A stretch of 64,000 bases of DNA from an uncultured Coriobacteriaceae bacterium (GTDB lineage: Bacteria > Actinomycetota > Coriobacteriia > Coriobacteriales > Atopobiaceae): assembly GCA_902773995.1 (NCBI GenBank), contig CACYGL010000003.1, positions 1,986 to 65,985 on the forward strand, read 5' to 3'. The stretch's first letter is position 1, and the number at the start of each line of letters is the position of its first letter. The notes under the pieces were generated by a model. It ran no database searches. It saw nothing but the letters and a program-made list of their open reading frames with translations, and was not told where the DNA came from. Both the position numbers and the translations under genes were made by a program. Of this stretch, positions 17,746-26,745 are shown piece after piece.

Positions 17746-20700
17746 GTGCCCGGCCTGCTTGACAGTCGACGTTGGGACGTCCTCGACGCGGATTCGCGCG
17801 CCGAGGCGTCCCTTGCTCGTGCCCTGGATGTGCCGCCGCTGGTGGCGCGGGTCCTTGTTGCCCGTGGCTTCACCAGCGTCGAGGATGCCCGCGCGTTCCT
17901 CACCCCCTCGCTCGAGCGCGACTGGGCAGACCCTCTAGTCATTCCCGGCATGGCTGAGGCGGCAGACCGCGTCGAGCGCGCCGTGAGGGCGGGGGAGGAC
18001 ATTGCCGTCTTTGGCGACTTCGACGTCGACGGCATGAGCTCCACCTGCATCCTCGCGCTGGGCCTGCGCGAGCTGGGCGGGCGCGCCCGCGCCTACATTC
18101 CGCACCGCTTTGGCGAGGGCTACGGCCTCACCAAGGCTGCGCTCAACCGCGTGCTGGCAGACGGCAAGCCCGACCTCATCGTGACCGTCGACAACGGCAT
18201 CGCCGCCGAGCACGAGGTCGACTGGCTCCGGGAGCAGGGCATCGACGTGGTGGTGACAGACCACCACGAGCCCGCGGACCTCGTGCCCCAGGGCGTTCCC
18301 GTGACAGACCCCAAGCTTGCGGCAGATGGCCCCTCTCGCGACCTTGCGGGTGCGGGAGTGGCGCTCAAGCTCCTGGCTGCGCTGGGGAGGCGCCTGGGCA
18401 AGCCGGACATTTGGCGCTCCTACACCGACGTCGCTGCACTAGGTACCCTCTCGGACATGATGCAGCTTTCGCCCGAGAACCGCGCCCTGGTGGCCGATGG
18501 CATCGAGCGGCTGAGAAGGACCTCGCGTCCCGGCCTGGTGGCACTTGCTGCCTGCGCTGGCCAAGACATCTCCGAGGTCACGGCGGACTCGCTGCCCTTC
18601 TCGATTATCCCGCGCCTCAACGCGGCAGGTCGCATGGGTACCACCGACGTGGCCATCGACCTGCTCATGACGAGCGATCCCGCCCAGGCGCCGGTTCTAG
18701 CTGGACAGCTTGAGGACATCAACCGCCAGCGACGCGAGATAGAGTCTGCCCTCACCGAGGAGGCGCTCGCGAAGGTTGCCGCCACCTGGCACGGTGGCCG
18801 CGTCATTGTCGTTGGCGGCGAGGGCTGGCACGAGGGCGTCAAGGGCATCGTGGCAAGCCGCATCGTAAATCGTTACCACGTGCCCACGATCCTCTTCACC
18901 ATCCAGGACGGCATCGCGCGCGGGTCCGGCCGCTCCGTTGGCTCGGTTGACCTGTTCCGTGCCGTCGAGCAGTGCTCTGACCTGCTCGTGCGCTTTGGCG
19001 GCCACGCCGGTGCCGTGGGCGTGACCTGCGAGGCGTCGCGGCTCGACGAATTCCGCGATCGTCTGGAGTCCGTGCTCGACGCCTTGCCTGTCGAGGAGTT
19101 CGAGTCGCGCGGGGAGGTCACGGCGGTCGTGCGCCTCTCCGAGCTCACCGTCTCCTCGATTGCCTCGCTCGAGGCGCTGCAGCCCTTTGGCCAGGGGAAC
19201 AAGAAGCCACTCTTCGCCGTGCGCGGCGTCACCATGAAGAACCGCTCGCGCGTTGGGGCCGACGGCGTCCACCTGCGCTTCCTTGCCACGGATGGCGTCT
19301 CTTGCGTTCCCGCCATCATGTTCCGCGTGCCAGACTGCCCGCGCGCCTGCGCCACGGACAGCGTGGTTGATCTTGTCTTCGAGGCCGTCGATGAGACCTG
19401 GCAGGGACGCACAAAGCCCAAGCTCATGGTCAAGGACATCCTTTACCGTGACGGTGGAGACGAGAAGTCCTCTGGTCCCAGCTTTGTGGACGAGCTCTTT
19501 GCACGTGAGGAGGGCGTTGAGGAGGGAATCACTGCCGCGTGTCCTGTGGATCCTTGCACTCCAGAAGGACCCACGGCGCCTGCGCCCGCTACCTCGTCCC
19601 AGAGCTACGAGTCCCTCACGGCGAGCCTGGTGCACGCCCTCATCGGCGAGAACCCGCTCCTTCCCGCGCAGGGGGAGGCCCTCTCACGCCTTGAGGCCGG
19701 CCGCTCCGCCCTCTGCGTGATGGCCACAGGGCGCGGAAAGTCGCTCGTCTTCCATGTCCACGCAGCGCGCACGGCACTCGCACGGCACCGCGCCAGCGTT
19801 TTTGTGTACCCGCTGCGCGCGCTTGTGGCAGATCAGGCGCACCACCTCGCCGACGAGCTTGCGCCCCTTGGCGTGGGCGTGGCGGTTCTCACGGGCGAGA
19901 CACCCGCAAACGAGCGTGCCCGCGTCTACGAGGCGCTGGCGTCCGGCCAGGTGGACATTGTCCTCACCACGCCCGAGTATCTTGCCATCCACGTGGACGA
20001 CTTCGCGCGCTCCGGGCGCGTAGGCTTCCTTGTGGTGGACGAGGCGCACCACAGCTCTCCTGCCGGCTCGGGGTCGCGCGACGCCTATCGCGACCTGCCC
20101 CGCGTTCGTGCAGTGCTGGGCGAGCCTACCGTCCTCGCCGTCACGGCCACGGCCTCGCCAGAGGTCGCCCACGACATCTGCGACCTCTGCGGCGTTGACG
20201 CTCAGGACGTAATCGTGGACCCCTCCGTGCGAGACAACCTCCGCCTGGATGACTGCCGCGGGTTGCGTGACCGCGACGCAGCGCTCGTCTCGATTGTGGC
20301 CCAGGGCGAGAAGTGCATCGCCTACGTCAACTCTCGCGCGCGCTCGGTGACGCTGGCCAGGCTGCTGCGCCATCAGGTACCGGAGCTTGCCCCTAAGGTC
20401 GCCTTCTACAACGCCGGCCTTCGGCGCGCGGACCGTACCCGCGTCGAGCGCGCCTTCCGCACGGGCGAGCTCTCCTGCATCGTCTCGACCAGCGCCTTTG
20501 GCGAGGGCGTGAACATCCCCAACGTGCGCAACGTGGTGCTCTACGACATGCCGCTGGGGCGCGTTGAGTTCAACCAGATGAGCGGGCGTGCCGGTCGAGA
20601 CGGGAATAGCGCCTGCGTGCACCTGCTCTTTGGCCAGCGCGACCTTGTCTCTTCGCAGCGCATCCTCGACCAGGTGGCGCCCACGCGAGACGAGCTCGTC

Positions 20701-21087
20701 GCGCTCTACCGGGCGCTGCGCGGCATCTCAAAGGGTGCCGCAAGCGTGGGGCAGACGTCCTTCTCGGCACACGACTCCCAGCTTGCGACCATGGCAACGG
20801 TGAAGGGCCGTCCGCTCACCGAGGGCGCTGTCTCCTGCGGCATCCAGGTCTTCTCGGAGCTGGGTCTGCTCTCGCTTGCGGGCTTTGGCGACGCGCGGCT
20901 TATCACCATGGCGACAAACCCAGGTCATGTGGACCTTGAGGGTTCTGCCCGCTATCTCGAGGGTATTCGGGAGCGCGAGGCGTGCGGCGAGTTTGGTGAA
21001 TGGGTACTCTCAAGTACTGAGGAAGAATTGCTCTCTGCGATAAACAGGCCCATCGCGCCCGACTTTGGCGTGCGCGTGGGCGAATAG
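17746..21087 (+). CDS. recJ: RecJ single-strand DNA 5'-3' exonuclease fused to a RecQ-family SF2 helicase (1113 aa)
   Basis: GTG 17746 follows an AAGGAAGG RBS directly after the secF stop. DHH/DHHA1 motifs are DFDVDG, TVDNG, VTDHHE and GGHAGAVG. Helicase motifs follow: ATGRGKS, VVDEAHH, VTATAS, QMSGRAGRDG. There is no stop between the two halves. Confidence 0.85.
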   Translation: MPGLLDSRRWDVLDADSRAEASLARALDVPPLVARVLVARGFTSVEDARAFLTPSLERDWADPLVIPGMAEAADRVERAVRAGEDIAVFGDFDVDGMSSTCILALGLRELGGRARAYIPHRFGEGYGLTKAALNRVLADGKPDLIVTVDNGIAAEHEVDWLREQGIDVVVTDHHEPADLVPQGVPVTDPKLAADGPSRDLAGAGVALKLLAALGRRLGKPDIWRSYTDVAALGTLSDMMQLSPENRALVADGIERLRRTSRPGLVALAACAGQDISEVTADSLPFSIIPRLNAAGRMGTTDVAIDLLMTSDPAQAPVLAGQLEDINRQRREIESALTEEALAKVAATWHGGRVIVVGGEGWHEGVKGIVASRIVNRYHVPTILFTIQDGIARGSGRSVGSVDLFRAVEQCSDLLVRFGGHAGAVGVTCEASRLDEFRDRLESVLDALPVEEFESRGEVTAVVRLSELTVSSIASLEALQPFGQGNKKPLFAVRGVTMKNRSRVGADGVHLRFLATDGVSCVPAIMFRVPDCPRACATDSVVDLVFEAVDETWQGRTKPKLMVKDILYRDGGDEKSSGPSFVDELFAREEGVEEGITAACPVDPCTPEGPTAPAPATSSQSYESLTASLVHALIGENPLLPAQGEALSRLEAGRSALCVMATGRGKSLVFHVHAARTALARHRASVFVYPLRALVADQAHHLADELAPLGVGVAVLTGETPANERARVYEALASGQVDIVLTTPEYLAIHVDDFARSGRVGFLVVDEAHHSSPAGSGSRDAYRDLPRVRAVLGEPTVLAVTATASPEVAHDICDLCGVDAQDVIVDPSVRDNLRLDDCRGLRDRDAALVSIVAQGEKCIAYVNSRARSVTLARLLRHQVPELAPKVAFYNAGLRRADRTRVERAFRTGELSCIVSTSAFGEGVNIPNVRNVVLYDMPLGRVEFNQMSGRAGRDGNSACVHLLFGQRDLVSSQRILDQVAPTRDELVALYRALRGISKGAASVGQTSFSAHDSQLATMATVKGRPLTEGAVSCGIQVFSELGLLSLAGFGDARLITMATNPGHVDLEGSARYLEGIREREACGEFGEWVLSSTEEELLSAINRPIAPDFGVRVGE

Positions 21088-21099
21088 GAGGAGGGAACC

Positions 21100-23541
21100 A
21101 TGGGCGACAACGGCATGATGGCCGAGAAGGCCCAGGATGCACTGGCTGCGACGCCTGCGGAAGGAGCCAAGGCTCCCACTGTTCCCGCGGCCATGACCCC
21201 CGCGGCTTCGGCGCCTGCGCCTGCAAAGAAGTCCGCGGTTCCCGACGCTGCCAACTTCCGCGTGCTTGAGGAGGCCGCGCGTGCCTACCTCGACGATGAT
21301 GAGTGGGCAAAGATCGACCGCGCCTATCACTTTGCGGCCGACTACCACCGCGACCAGCGCCGCCGCTCTGGCGAGCCCTATATCAACCACCCCGTCGAGG
21401 TGGCCCTCATCCTCTGCAAGGACCTCCACATGGACGAGGACACCATCTGCGCCGCGCTCCTGCATGACACGGTGGAGGACACCCCGGCAACGCTCACGCA
21501 GATCTCGGACCTCTTTGGCGAGACCGTGGCCGAGCTGGTGGATGGCGTCACCAAGCTCACATCCATCAAGGTGACCTCGATGGACGAGAAGCAGGCCCTC
21601 AATTTGCGCAAGATGTTCCTCGCCATGTCCAAGGACATCCGCGTGGTCATCATCAAGCTTGCGGACCGCCTGCACAACATGCGCACCCTGGCGGCGCTGC
21701 CGCCCGACCGCCGCCTCTTCAAGGCGCGCGAGACCATGGATGTCTACGCACCTCTTGCCGACCGTCTGGGCATCTCGTCCATCAAGTGGGAGCTTGAGGA
21801 CCTTGCGTTCTTCTGGCTTGAGCCCGAGGAGTACCAGCGCGTGGCGCGCATGGTGCAGGACTCGCGCGCCCAGCGCGAGGACGACACCGAGGCGGCCATC
21901 AAGACCCTGGATGACGAGCTCAAGCGCGTGGGTCTCAAGAACTACCAGATCACCGGCCGCCCCAAGCACCTCTGGTCCATCTACCAGAAAATGACCCGCA
22001 AGGGCCGGGACTTCTCGGACATCTATGACCTTATCGCCCTGCGCATCATCACGCAGACGGTGGGGGACTGCTACTCGGCGCTTGGTGCCGTCCACACGCT
22101 GTGGCACCCCATGCCCGGCCGCTTCAAGGACTACATCGCCACACCCAAGGCCAACCTCTACCAGTCGCTCCACACCACGGTGGTGGGTCCGGACGGCAAG
22201 CCCATCGAGATCCAGATTCGCACGGTCGAGATGCACGAGGCATCCGAGTACGGCGTCGCCGCCCACTGGCTCTACAAGAAGGCCGGCAACTCCCAGGGCA
22301 AGATGTCGGCCGAGGACCGCTCGATCGACTCGACCATCAACTGGATTCGCAAGAGCCTCGACTGGGCCGTCGAGGACGACATCGACGACCCGCACGAGTT
22401 CCTGAACAACCTGCGCGTGGACCTCTTTGAGCACGAGATCTTTGTCTTCACGCCAAAGGGCGAGGTCATGAGCCTGCGTCGCGACTCCACGCCGCTCGAC
22501 TTTGCCTATGCCGTCCACACCGAGGTGGGCAACCACTGCGTGGGAGCCAAGGTCAACGGGTCGGTTGTGCCACTCACCTACAAGCTCAACATGGGCGACC
22601 GCGTTGAGGTCCTCACGAACAAGAATGCCAAGCCCAGCCGCGACTGGATGAACATCGTGGTCACGCCCTCGGCGCGCGCCAAGATTCGCAAGTACTTCTC
22701 GGTGGAGACGCGCGCGGACGACGCCGAGCAGGGCAGAAGCGAGCTCGCCCACGAGCTGCGGCGCCGCGGCTACGGCATCTCCACGCAGCGCACGGTCAAG
22801 GCCATCGAGCGCGTGTACCCTCAGTTCGACTACCGCACGCCCGACGACCTCTTTGCCGGCATTGGCACGGGCAAGGTCTCGGCAAAGCAGGTGGCCAACC
22901 GCATCGAGGAGATCCTCGAGGAGGGCTCGCCCGAGCAGCTCGAGGCCGCGCGCAAGGAGGCTGAGCGCCAGGCCAAGCGCGAGGAGGCCATCAAGGAGAA
23001 CAAACCCCTCATGCAGTCCTACGCCATAACGCAGACTGCAAAGGGTGCCAGGCGTCGCAGCAACTGCGGCGTGGTCGTGAAGGGCGACGCCGACCTTCTC
23101 GTCCATCTTGCGCACTGCTGCAACCCCGTTGCTGGCGACGACATCGTGGGCTTTGTGACGCGCGGCCGCGGAGTGTCTGTGCACCGCGCCAACTGCCCCA
23201 ACGTGCGTGACCTCATGAACCACCCCGAGCGCATGATCCCCGTGGAGTGGGATACCTCCGGCGCCACGGAGTTCAGGGTCGAGATCGTGGTCGAGGCTAC
23301 GGACCGGATGGGGCTCCTCAAGGACATCACCATCGCCATTGGCGATGCGGGCGGCAACATCCTCTCCGCGGCCACGCAGACGGGCAAGCAGGGCATCGCC
23401 CGCCTGCGCTTCATCGTTGCCATCTCGGACGCGAGCCTCCTGGATGCGCTTCTCGCCAGCGTCTCCCGCGTGCCCTCGGTCTATGACGCCCGCCGCATCA
23501 TGCCCGGCGAGGGAGCCAACCAGATGAAGCAGCGGGTGTAG
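21100..23541 (+). CDS. rel: Bifunctional (p)ppGpp synthetase/hydrolase, RelA/SpoT family
   Basis: RBS is AGGAGGAGGG. The HD domain (RSGEPYINHPVEVA, HDTVEDT), the synthetase domain (YQSLHTTV), TGS and a C-terminal ACT-like region are present. Confidence 0.92.
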   Translation: MGDNGMMAEKAQDALAATPAEGAKAPTVPAAMTPAASAPAPAKKSAVPDAANFRVLEEAARAYLDDDEWAKIDRAYHFAADYHRDQRRRSGEPYINHPVEVALILCKDLHMDEDTICAALLHDTVEDTPATLTQISDLFGETVAELVDGVTKLTSIKVTSMDEKQALNLRKMFLAMSKDIRVVIIKLADRLHNMRTLAALPPDRRLFKARETMDVYAPLADRLGISSIKWELEDLAFFWLEPEEYQRVARMVQDSRAQREDDTEAAIKTLDDELKRVGLKNYQITGRPKHLWSIYQKMTRKGRDFSDIYDLIALRIITQTVGDCYSALGAVHTLWHPMPGRFKDYIATPKANLYQSLHTTVVGPDGKPIEIQIRTVEMHEASEYGVAAHWLYKKAGNSQGKMSAEDRSIDSTINWIRKSLDWAVEDDIDDPHEFLNNLRVDLFEHEIFVFTPKGEVMSLRRDSTPLDFAYAVHTEVGNHCVGAKVNGSVVPLTYKLNMGDRVEVLTNKNAKPSRDWMNIVVTPSARAKIRKYFSVETRADDAEQGRSELAHELRRRGYGISTQRTVKAIERVYPQFDYRTPDDLFAGIGTGKVSAKQVANRIEEILEEGSPEQLEAARKEAERQAKREEAIKENKPLMQSYAITQTAKGARRRSNCGVVVKGDADLLVHLAHCCNPVAGDDIVGFVTRGRGVSVHRANCPNVRDLMNHPERMIPVEWDTSGATEFRVEIVVEATDRMGLLKDITIAIGDAGGNILSAATQTGKQGIARLRFIVAISDASLLDALLASVSRVPSVYDARRIMPGEGANQMKQRV

Positions 23542-23543
23542 CC

Positions 23544-24221
23544 ATGAGGAGCTACTTTCGCGACGCAGGGTCTTTTGCGGCGTCAGACGCCGGCGACGTG
23601 GTGCGTGTCTTTGTCGTGGGGCCCATACAGACCAACTGCTACGCCTACGTCTCTGCCGGAGAGGCGCTGGTCGTTGACCCCGGAGCCGCAGGTGCGCGCG
23701 TGGCTGCGGCGCTTGCTGGCGAGAAGGTCGTGTGCGCGGCGGCGACCCACGGCCACGGTGACCACGTGGGTGGCGTGGCGGCGCTTGTCTCGGCGACGGG
23801 TGCACCCTTTGCGATTTCGGCGGCAGATACCGAGATGGCCGAGCATGCCGGCGACCCGGCGTATTCTGGCTCCGGCATTGCCTACGACGACGATGCGCCC
23901 GAGCCTTCTCGCCTGCTTGCCGAGGGCGACGTTATCGCGGTGGGCACGGCACGCTTTCGCGTGATGGAGACGCCCGGCCACACGCCGGGCGGCATCTGCC
24001 TGGTGGGGGAGGGCACGGCCGAAGGGATTGCCTTTGTGGGCGATACGCTCTTCCCGGGGTCGTGCGGTCGCACCGACCTTGCAGGTGGAGACCCGGACGC
24101 CATGCGCCGCTCGCTCGCACGTATGGGCAGCGATATCGCGCCGGAGACGGTGCTTCTATGCGGGCACGGTCCTGCCACCACGATGGCAGAGGAGCTGGCG
24201 AGCAACCCCTTCGTGCGCTAG
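23544..24221 (+). CDS. MBL-fold metallo-hydrolase (glyoxalase II-like)
   Basis: The THGHGDHVGG (HxHxDH) motif is present, with a later TPGHTPGG. Confidence 0.8.
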   Translation: MRSYFRDAGSFAASDAGDVVRVFVVGPIQTNCYAYVSAGEALVVDPGAAGARVAAALAGEKVVCAAATHGHGDHVGGVAALVSATGAPFAISAADTEMAEHAGDPAYSGSGIAYDDDAPEPSRLLAEGDVIAVGTARFRVMETPGHTPGGICLVGEGTAEGIAFVGDTLFPGSCGRTDLAGGDPDAMRRSLARMGSDIAPETVLLCGHGPATTMAEELASNPFVR

Positions 24222-24242
24222 CGCGGGCATGCAACTTTTTTG

Positions 24243-24293
24243 CCAGGTAACGGGATTCCATTACCTGGTAACGGGATTCCGTTACCAGGTAAC
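24243..24293. repeat. 2.4 copies of a 21-nt unit forming two overlapping hairpins; probable bidirectional terminator
   Basis: First hairpin: CCAGGTAA-CGGGATTCCA-TTACCTGG (24243-24268). It overlaps the second: CCTGGTAA-CGGGATTCCG-TTACCAGG (24264-24289). The element lies between convergent genes. Confidence 0.7.
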
Positions 24294-24303
24294 TTAATCC
24301 CAT

Positions 24304-25131
24304 CTACGACGCGATGACCTCCGGCCATGCGTCGCCAAACTTCTTGCGAAGGTCAAGAATAGCCTCGCAGAACGTGTATCCGTGCGGCGCGGATGTGCGC
24401 ACCAGGTGCCCGTCGCGGTAGGCAATCAGCCGGTTGCGCGGCACCGGCTTCCAAAGCGCCGCCTCTGCCTCGCCGCCAAGGGGCTTTGTCGAGAAGACGA
24501 TGGCATCGTCCGACAGCTGCCGGTAGTTGAGCGTGTCCTCTGACGTGTTGGTGTGCACGTAGGTGTAGGTGCCATCATCCATGATGAGGTTCAGGCGGTT
24601 GAGGTTAGAGATTTGCGAGAGGGCGCCGGCCAGCGCGTCAAAGGTGCCGTCAAAGCCCAGTGCGCCACCTGCACGCATGGTGGCCTCGTCCAGGACGTCG
24701 AGAAGGAAGAGCATTGTGCGCTCGCTGTCCGTCTCACCGCGCTCGATGCGGTCATAGCCCGCGAGCAGCTCCTCGTTGAAGAGGATGCCGTTGTGGATGA
24801 GGGTCCACTCGCGTCCGGAGATGTCCGAGCCCAAAAACGGGTGGCAGTTCTCCACGCTCTGCGCGCCGCAAGTGGAGAAGCGTATGTGCGCCTCCAGGCG
24901 GCAGGCCTCCACGGGCTGCTCCAGAATCTTGGGCAGCAGCGTTGACTCGTAGGCCGGGATGGGCTCGCGCCAGAGCATGACGTCCGCCTCGGGGTCGCCG
25001 GGCTTACCATGGTCGTCTCGCCACGAGAGGCCCCAGCCATGCGGGTTGTCATGGCTGTGTGTGTAGAACTCCCTCAGGTAGGCGTTGGCCAAGACCGGCC
25101 CTCCCGAGTTGATCGCGAAGAGCTCGCACAT
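24304..25131 (-). CDS. Class II (Ntn) glutamine amidotransferase, YafJ-like
   Basis: The N-terminus is MCELFAI (catalytic Cys2). HGWGL and HPF motifs are present. Confidence 0.75.
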   Translation of the reverse strand: MCELFAINSGGPVLANAYLREFYTHSHDNPHGWGLSWRDDHGKPGDPEADVMLWREPIPAYESTLLPKILEQPVEACRLEAHIRFSTCGAQSVENCHPFLGSDISGREWTLIHNGILFNEELLAGYDRIERGETDSERTMLFLLDVLDEATMRAGGALGFDGTFDALAGALSQISNLNRLNLIMDDGTYTYVHTNTSEDTLNYRQLSDDAIVFSTKPLGGEAEAALWKPVPRNRLIAYRDGHLVRTSAPHGYTFCEAILDLRKKFGDAWPEVIAS

Positions 25132-25212
25132 TCCGGGCGTCCGATCTCAAGCGGGTGCAGGTACAAGATGATGATAGCGCGTCTCGTGTGACGGCACTGT
25201 TACCGAGCGGAG

Positions 25213-25989
25213 CTAGTACCCCACGGTGCAGGGGAAGCCGAGGGCACGCACGCGCTGGGCAATGGCATCGAGGGTCTCTCTCGGCGCCTTACTAAGGCCC
25301 GAGGCAGGCGTGTCGCGGTCCACGGTGTAGATGGTCACGCCCTCCGGCCTAATGCGCTCAAGCGCCGAGAGCCACGCACCCACGTGGCCTTCATCCGTGT
25401 TGTCGAGCGAGCGGCCCTTGTAGCTGCCGCGAAGGAAGATGGTCTGGACGATTACATGCCCCTCGAAGGATGCGAACGTCTCCACCTGGCGTTCCACGCT
25501 ATAGGGCACGCGGGGACGGTCGAGCGCGGCCACGTAGGTGGCGTCGACGGTGTCAAGCTTGAGGACGTTTCTGTCCACGCGGAGAAGCGCTGCGTGCACC
25601 TCTGGCCGCGCAGCCTGCGTGCCGTTTGAGAGCACGGTCACATGCGCTTCTGGCGCGTAGCGGTCGCGCAGGGCAAGCGCCGCGTCGACGGCGGCCGGAA
25701 AGACGGGGCTTGCGGTTGGCTCTCCGTTGCCGGCAAAGCAGATGTCATCGAGCTTCTCGCCCTTCTCGGCCATGGCCTCCAATGTCTGCGTAAGGGCGGA
25801 GGTCACCTGGTCAAGCGTCACATAGCCGTCATGCGTGCGGCGCTGGTCGTCAAAGCCGTTCTCGCAGTAGAGGCAGTCGAAGGTGCAGATCTTGCCTGTT
25901 GCCGGCATGAGGTTCACGCCGAGGGAGACGCCAAAGCGTCTGCTTGTGACTGGCCCAAAGACGGGGCTCTGGTTGAGGAATGTGGACAT
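25213..25989 (-). CDS. Radical SAM protein (COG0731-like)
   Basis: ATG 25989 follows a GGAGG RBS. The CxxxCxxC cluster (CTFDCLYC) and GNGEPT are present. Confidence 0.75.
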   Translation of the reverse strand: MSTFLNQSPVFGPVTSRRFGVSLGVNLMPATGKICTFDCLYCENGFDDQRRTHDGYVTLDQVTSALTQTLEAMAEKGEKLDDICFAGNGEPTASPVFPAAVDAALALRDRYAPEAHVTVLSNGTQAARPEVHAALLRVDRNVLKLDTVDATYVAALDRPRVPYSVERQVETFASFEGHVIVQTIFLRGSYKGRSLDNTDEGHVGAWLSALERIRPEGVTIYTVDRDTPASGLSKAPRETLDAIAQRVRALGFPCTVGY

Positions 25990-26022
25990 CCAGATTGCCT
26001 CCAATGCCGCTGGCGTTACCAC

Positions 26023-26730
26023 CTATATCTCGTCGGCAAAGGTGACAAAGTCGAGGTTGCCGATGGACTCTATGAAGAGACTCTTGCGGCCCATGGACGG
26101 GAGCTCCACCGAGAAGGTCGCCGCCGTGCCCTTGCGGCCATCCTGGCCACGAATGACCTCGAAGTTCTCGTACGTGCAGTCCCACGAGTGCAGCTTGCGG
26201 AGAAGCTCCCGCACGCCCGCCGGCTCGTTGAACTCCACGTAGACGTCGAAGGTCTTTGATGCGCGGCGAATCACGCGGTCAAGGCGGTTGAGCCCCTCGA
26301 AGGTGAGAAGCACGAAGAACAGCCCAATGAGTGCGGCCTCCGTGAACCCAATGCCCGCGGCAAGCCCTATGCACGCGCATGCCCAGAGGCCGGCGGCTGT
26401 GGTGAGGCCGCGGACCTCGTTCTTGCCCGTCACGAGGATGGTTCCCACGCCGAGAAAACCAACGCCCGAGATGACCTGGGCGCCAATGCGGTTGATGTCG
26501 CCACGCGCATCGGGGAACTGGTGGAGCACGTACTCGCTCACGATCATGGCCATAGCTGCGCCAATGCACACGAGGACGTGGGTCTTTACGCCTGCGCCCT
26601 TGTTGTGGAACTCGCGGTCGATGCCGATGGCCGCGCCAATAAGGGTTGCGAGCAGCAACCTTAAGAAGACGGCATGGGCACCCCATGCCGCCGTCTCAGA
26701 AACAAAGCTCTGCCAGGCTTCGCCAATCAT
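26023..26730 (-). CDS. MgtC/SapB family membrane protein
   Basis: The signature LLLATLIGAAIGIDREFHNKGAGVKTH is present, with 4-5 TM helices and a C-terminal soluble domain. Confidence 0.8.
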   Translation of the reverse strand: MIGEAWQSFVSETAAWGAHAVFLRLLLATLIGAAIGIDREFHNKGAGVKTHVLVCIGAAMAMIVSEYVLHQFPDARGDINRIGAQVISGVGFLGVGTILVTGKNEVRGLTTAAGLWACACIGLAAGIGFTEAALIGLFFVLLTFEGLNRLDRVIRRASKTFDVYVEFNEPAGVRELLRKLHSWDCTYENFEVIRGQDGRKGTAATFSVELPSMGRKSLFIESIGNLDFVTFADEI

Positions 26731-26745
26731 GCCCTGTGCCGCTTA

